Below, piece after piece: positions 61,732 through 64,000 of a DNA stretch of 64,000 bases; the first letter of the stretch is position 1, and each line of letters begins with the position of its first letter. The DNA comes from Cycas panzhihuaensis (Eukaryota > Plantae > Cycadophyta), in the NCBI GenBank assembly GCA_023213395.1, contig CM041465.1, positions 95,921,741 to 95,985,740 on the forward strand. Reading direction: 5' to 3'. The notes beneath the pieces were generated by a model. That model saw only the letters and a list, made by a program, of their open reading frames with translations. It did no database searches and was not told the DNA's origin. A program made the translations under genes and the position numbers.

Positions 61732-64000
61732 TGTTTCTCGGCTTCCGAGAATGGATATGAAGTGGTCGACTTAAGTAAGTGTAGGTATGCTTCTCACCTT
61801 ATCATTGTTTTCTTTTGCGATGAGTGTATGCTTGCATGATATGATTTTATAGATGATCTTGTCGTCATCTACACCTATTTAGCCTATGACGACTATAGCG
61901 GGGGCATATTCCTAGCAAATATGGCACCCCAGTGGCCATTCCACTTCCCACATTTTGCCCTACTTGCCTCAAGGCCCATTTGGCTCATGTCACCCCTATC
62001 CGTACAATGACCCATCATTGTTTGGTCAACTTGTCACGCCCTTTGAGTCCTATTTTTGCTCTTATGACTCGTTTGTTGGCTTGTCTGCCTCTGGGCAGGT
62101 GTCTCTGCCCCCCCACCAGCCTTCTTGGTCATTGGTCCATAGACCAAGCTGGTTATCTGGGCTAGTTTTAGCCTCTGGTCCCACACCGCCACAAATATCA
62201 TGGTCTGCATTGCCAATATCGTAGTCTTGAAGTTCTGGCCGGTCGACTATCTTAGTTTATTTTTAAAAATCCGTCGTGGTAATTCTCACATTTATTGTAG
62301 AACTGCCATGTGTCTTGTGACTTGACTCACTGCCAGCTATGCCCTAGTCACTTGTTTAGGGTTAAGGCTAGGTATTTAAGTCTTCCCTAAGTCATTTTTA
62401 GGATCTTTTTGCTCACTTTTGGAAGGATCTTAAGGAAAACGCCCTACTCTTTGCTATTCCTTGCTGCTCCACTACTGCTACAAGACTTGCTATCATTCTC
62501 TAATGCCCATCTCTCCTTTCACATGGCTGTGACATCTTCCCAGGCCCTTGCACACCTTAGAGAGGGCCTCCTTGGAGAGATTCCAGCACTTCCTTGCCCA
62601 GGCAGCCATCAAGCATCTTCAAGTGCAAGTTTTCCTTTAGCCACATTAGTAGGGGTTCCATACCTACTGTTCCACAGTCCTTTGGTCAATTTCTCAACCT
62701 TCTTTTAGCAATTCTTGATAGAGGCAAAGGCCTCCCTTCTTCTCTATAGGTATTTATTGGTTTAGGTCTTTCTCTTGTCCAATTTATGCCCAAGTTTGCA
62801 TGTCATTTCTAGCTCTTCTTGGCTTGCTCTTTGAAGGTTACTTTCTTGTCTTGCTTTGGGCTATTTTTCCTTGCTATTAGGGCCTTATTTCCTACATTTC
62901 CTACCTAGGATAGTGGTAGAAAAGGGATACACAAGGTTTGGGTTAGAGCTGAGTGGATTCTACACCACCTTCCACGCTCCCTAAGAGGCTTTATGCCCTC
63001 CAAACCTCCCTTTTTGCCCCATGCTGCTCTTGGAAGTGAAGCAAGGGTTTAATAGGCTATTTTCAACCACTGAAATTAGTATTGTCACTCATTGTAACAC
63101 TGGTTTAAGGGCTCATATCTTGATCTAGGCAACTCACATAAGCCCCGGCTACTTGTCCCTTGCCCAACCTCTTTCTTGGCAACCCGGTTTGCTTCCCATA
63201 GTACTCTGGTTTGTTGTTGATCTCTTTGGGCCTTTTTGGACTCTTGTTGCCTCTATTTCCAGCCTTCTTGCATAGCCCTACCCTCGCTGCCATGTGGCCT
63301 CTTAAGGAAGGGTAGGGTTGCTCCTTGCGGGAGGTGGGCCACTCCGAGGCTTACCGGCTTACTCATCATTTATTTGGGCCATTTTCTCTATAATTTATTA
63401 TTGCAATATTGATTACTAATATACATGCGTCTAAATTTATACTTATTTCATAAATACATGTATTGTTATGATTTTTCTATGATGTGCTAGCATCCTTTCT
63501 CTGGAAAGGGATACTCTCATTTACTTGCAAGTACATGAAGAACGCAAAGGGGTTGCCCCTTCTCCTCCCTTGCGAGTAAGTACTTCTGTTTATGTTTTAC
63601 TTTAGTATTTCATTTGCTGCTAGCATTTTTCCTTTTTTCTTCTTGGCACTCTAGTGCCGCTTTCGAGGAAGGTAAGGAAGCCCCATGCTTCGGTCTACCG
63701 CAACCTTTCTCATTCACCGTGCTTTATGGAGTGATTTTGGACACCTCGTGGGAATGCCGCTGCTTCATCGCATCTCCATTCTGGGTACACACTCTCACTC
63801 TACCTCATTTCCTTTTTCTTTTGAGTTTTTGTACAATAGTAATTACCTCATCTGAAAGAAAAAGGAAAACCAACCTCATCTTGATTTATACATTTGCTTC
63901 ACTTCTTGCATTATATTTGTTATAGGAAAAGGTCTTAGGAAGTCTCCCTTTTTGCCTTTTTCCCTTTCATCTTGCAAACTCCCTCCTTGTCTTATTTACT
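61732..64000 (+). repeat. 3' LTR of the Tat element (truncated by the window end)
   Basis: Colinear with 50264-52550. Confidence 0.94.

Larger units (their letters stand above)
50264..64000 (+). mobile_element. Tat-type Ty3/gypsy element with internal deletion of RT-RH; 3' LTR runs off the window
   Basis: 5' LTR 50264-53004. PBS tggcgaccatactgggga at 53006-53023 (tRNA-Arg-like). gag, protease, half integrase, antisense PMD and aRH present. PPT aagggggcaa at 61722-61731. 3' LTR from 61732 (about 87% identical over the first 200 bp). Confidence 0.94.

Overview
This is eukaryotic plant DNA, an intergenic pile of nested, old LTR retrotransposons. I found no intact host gene, RNA gene or CRISPR array. 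Gymnosperm origin is an inference from the Tat elements with an RNase H downstream of integrase and from LTR pairs only about 80-92% identical by manual comparison. Contents, left to right: (1) a minus-strand Ty3/gypsy element (1-5359) next to a Copia integrase remnant. (2) A decayed gypsy gag/protease, split by a non-autonomous Copia derivative (6948-17227). That derivative's 5' LTR is itself split by a complete chromovirus (7054-13497, TSD TATGT). (3) A 19-kb Tat-type gypsy element (19985-39017, TSD TTATT). (4) A second non-autonomous Copia derivative (43062-49406, TSD AAAAT). (5) A Tat-type element lacking RT (50264 to beyond 64000). The most notable item is inside element (4): a ~1.5-kb antisense mosaic of captured host-gene fragments. 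These are a LEUNIG/LUH WD40 piece in scrambled order, the VTI1 SNARE N-terminus without introns, a Mediator MED8 piece and further unidentified pieces. The two Tat elements carry the same two accessory modules (stand-alone archaeal-type RNase H and an antisense PMD gene) in opposite order, bordered by a shared short motif. All protein identities come from manual translation and recall, not database searches.
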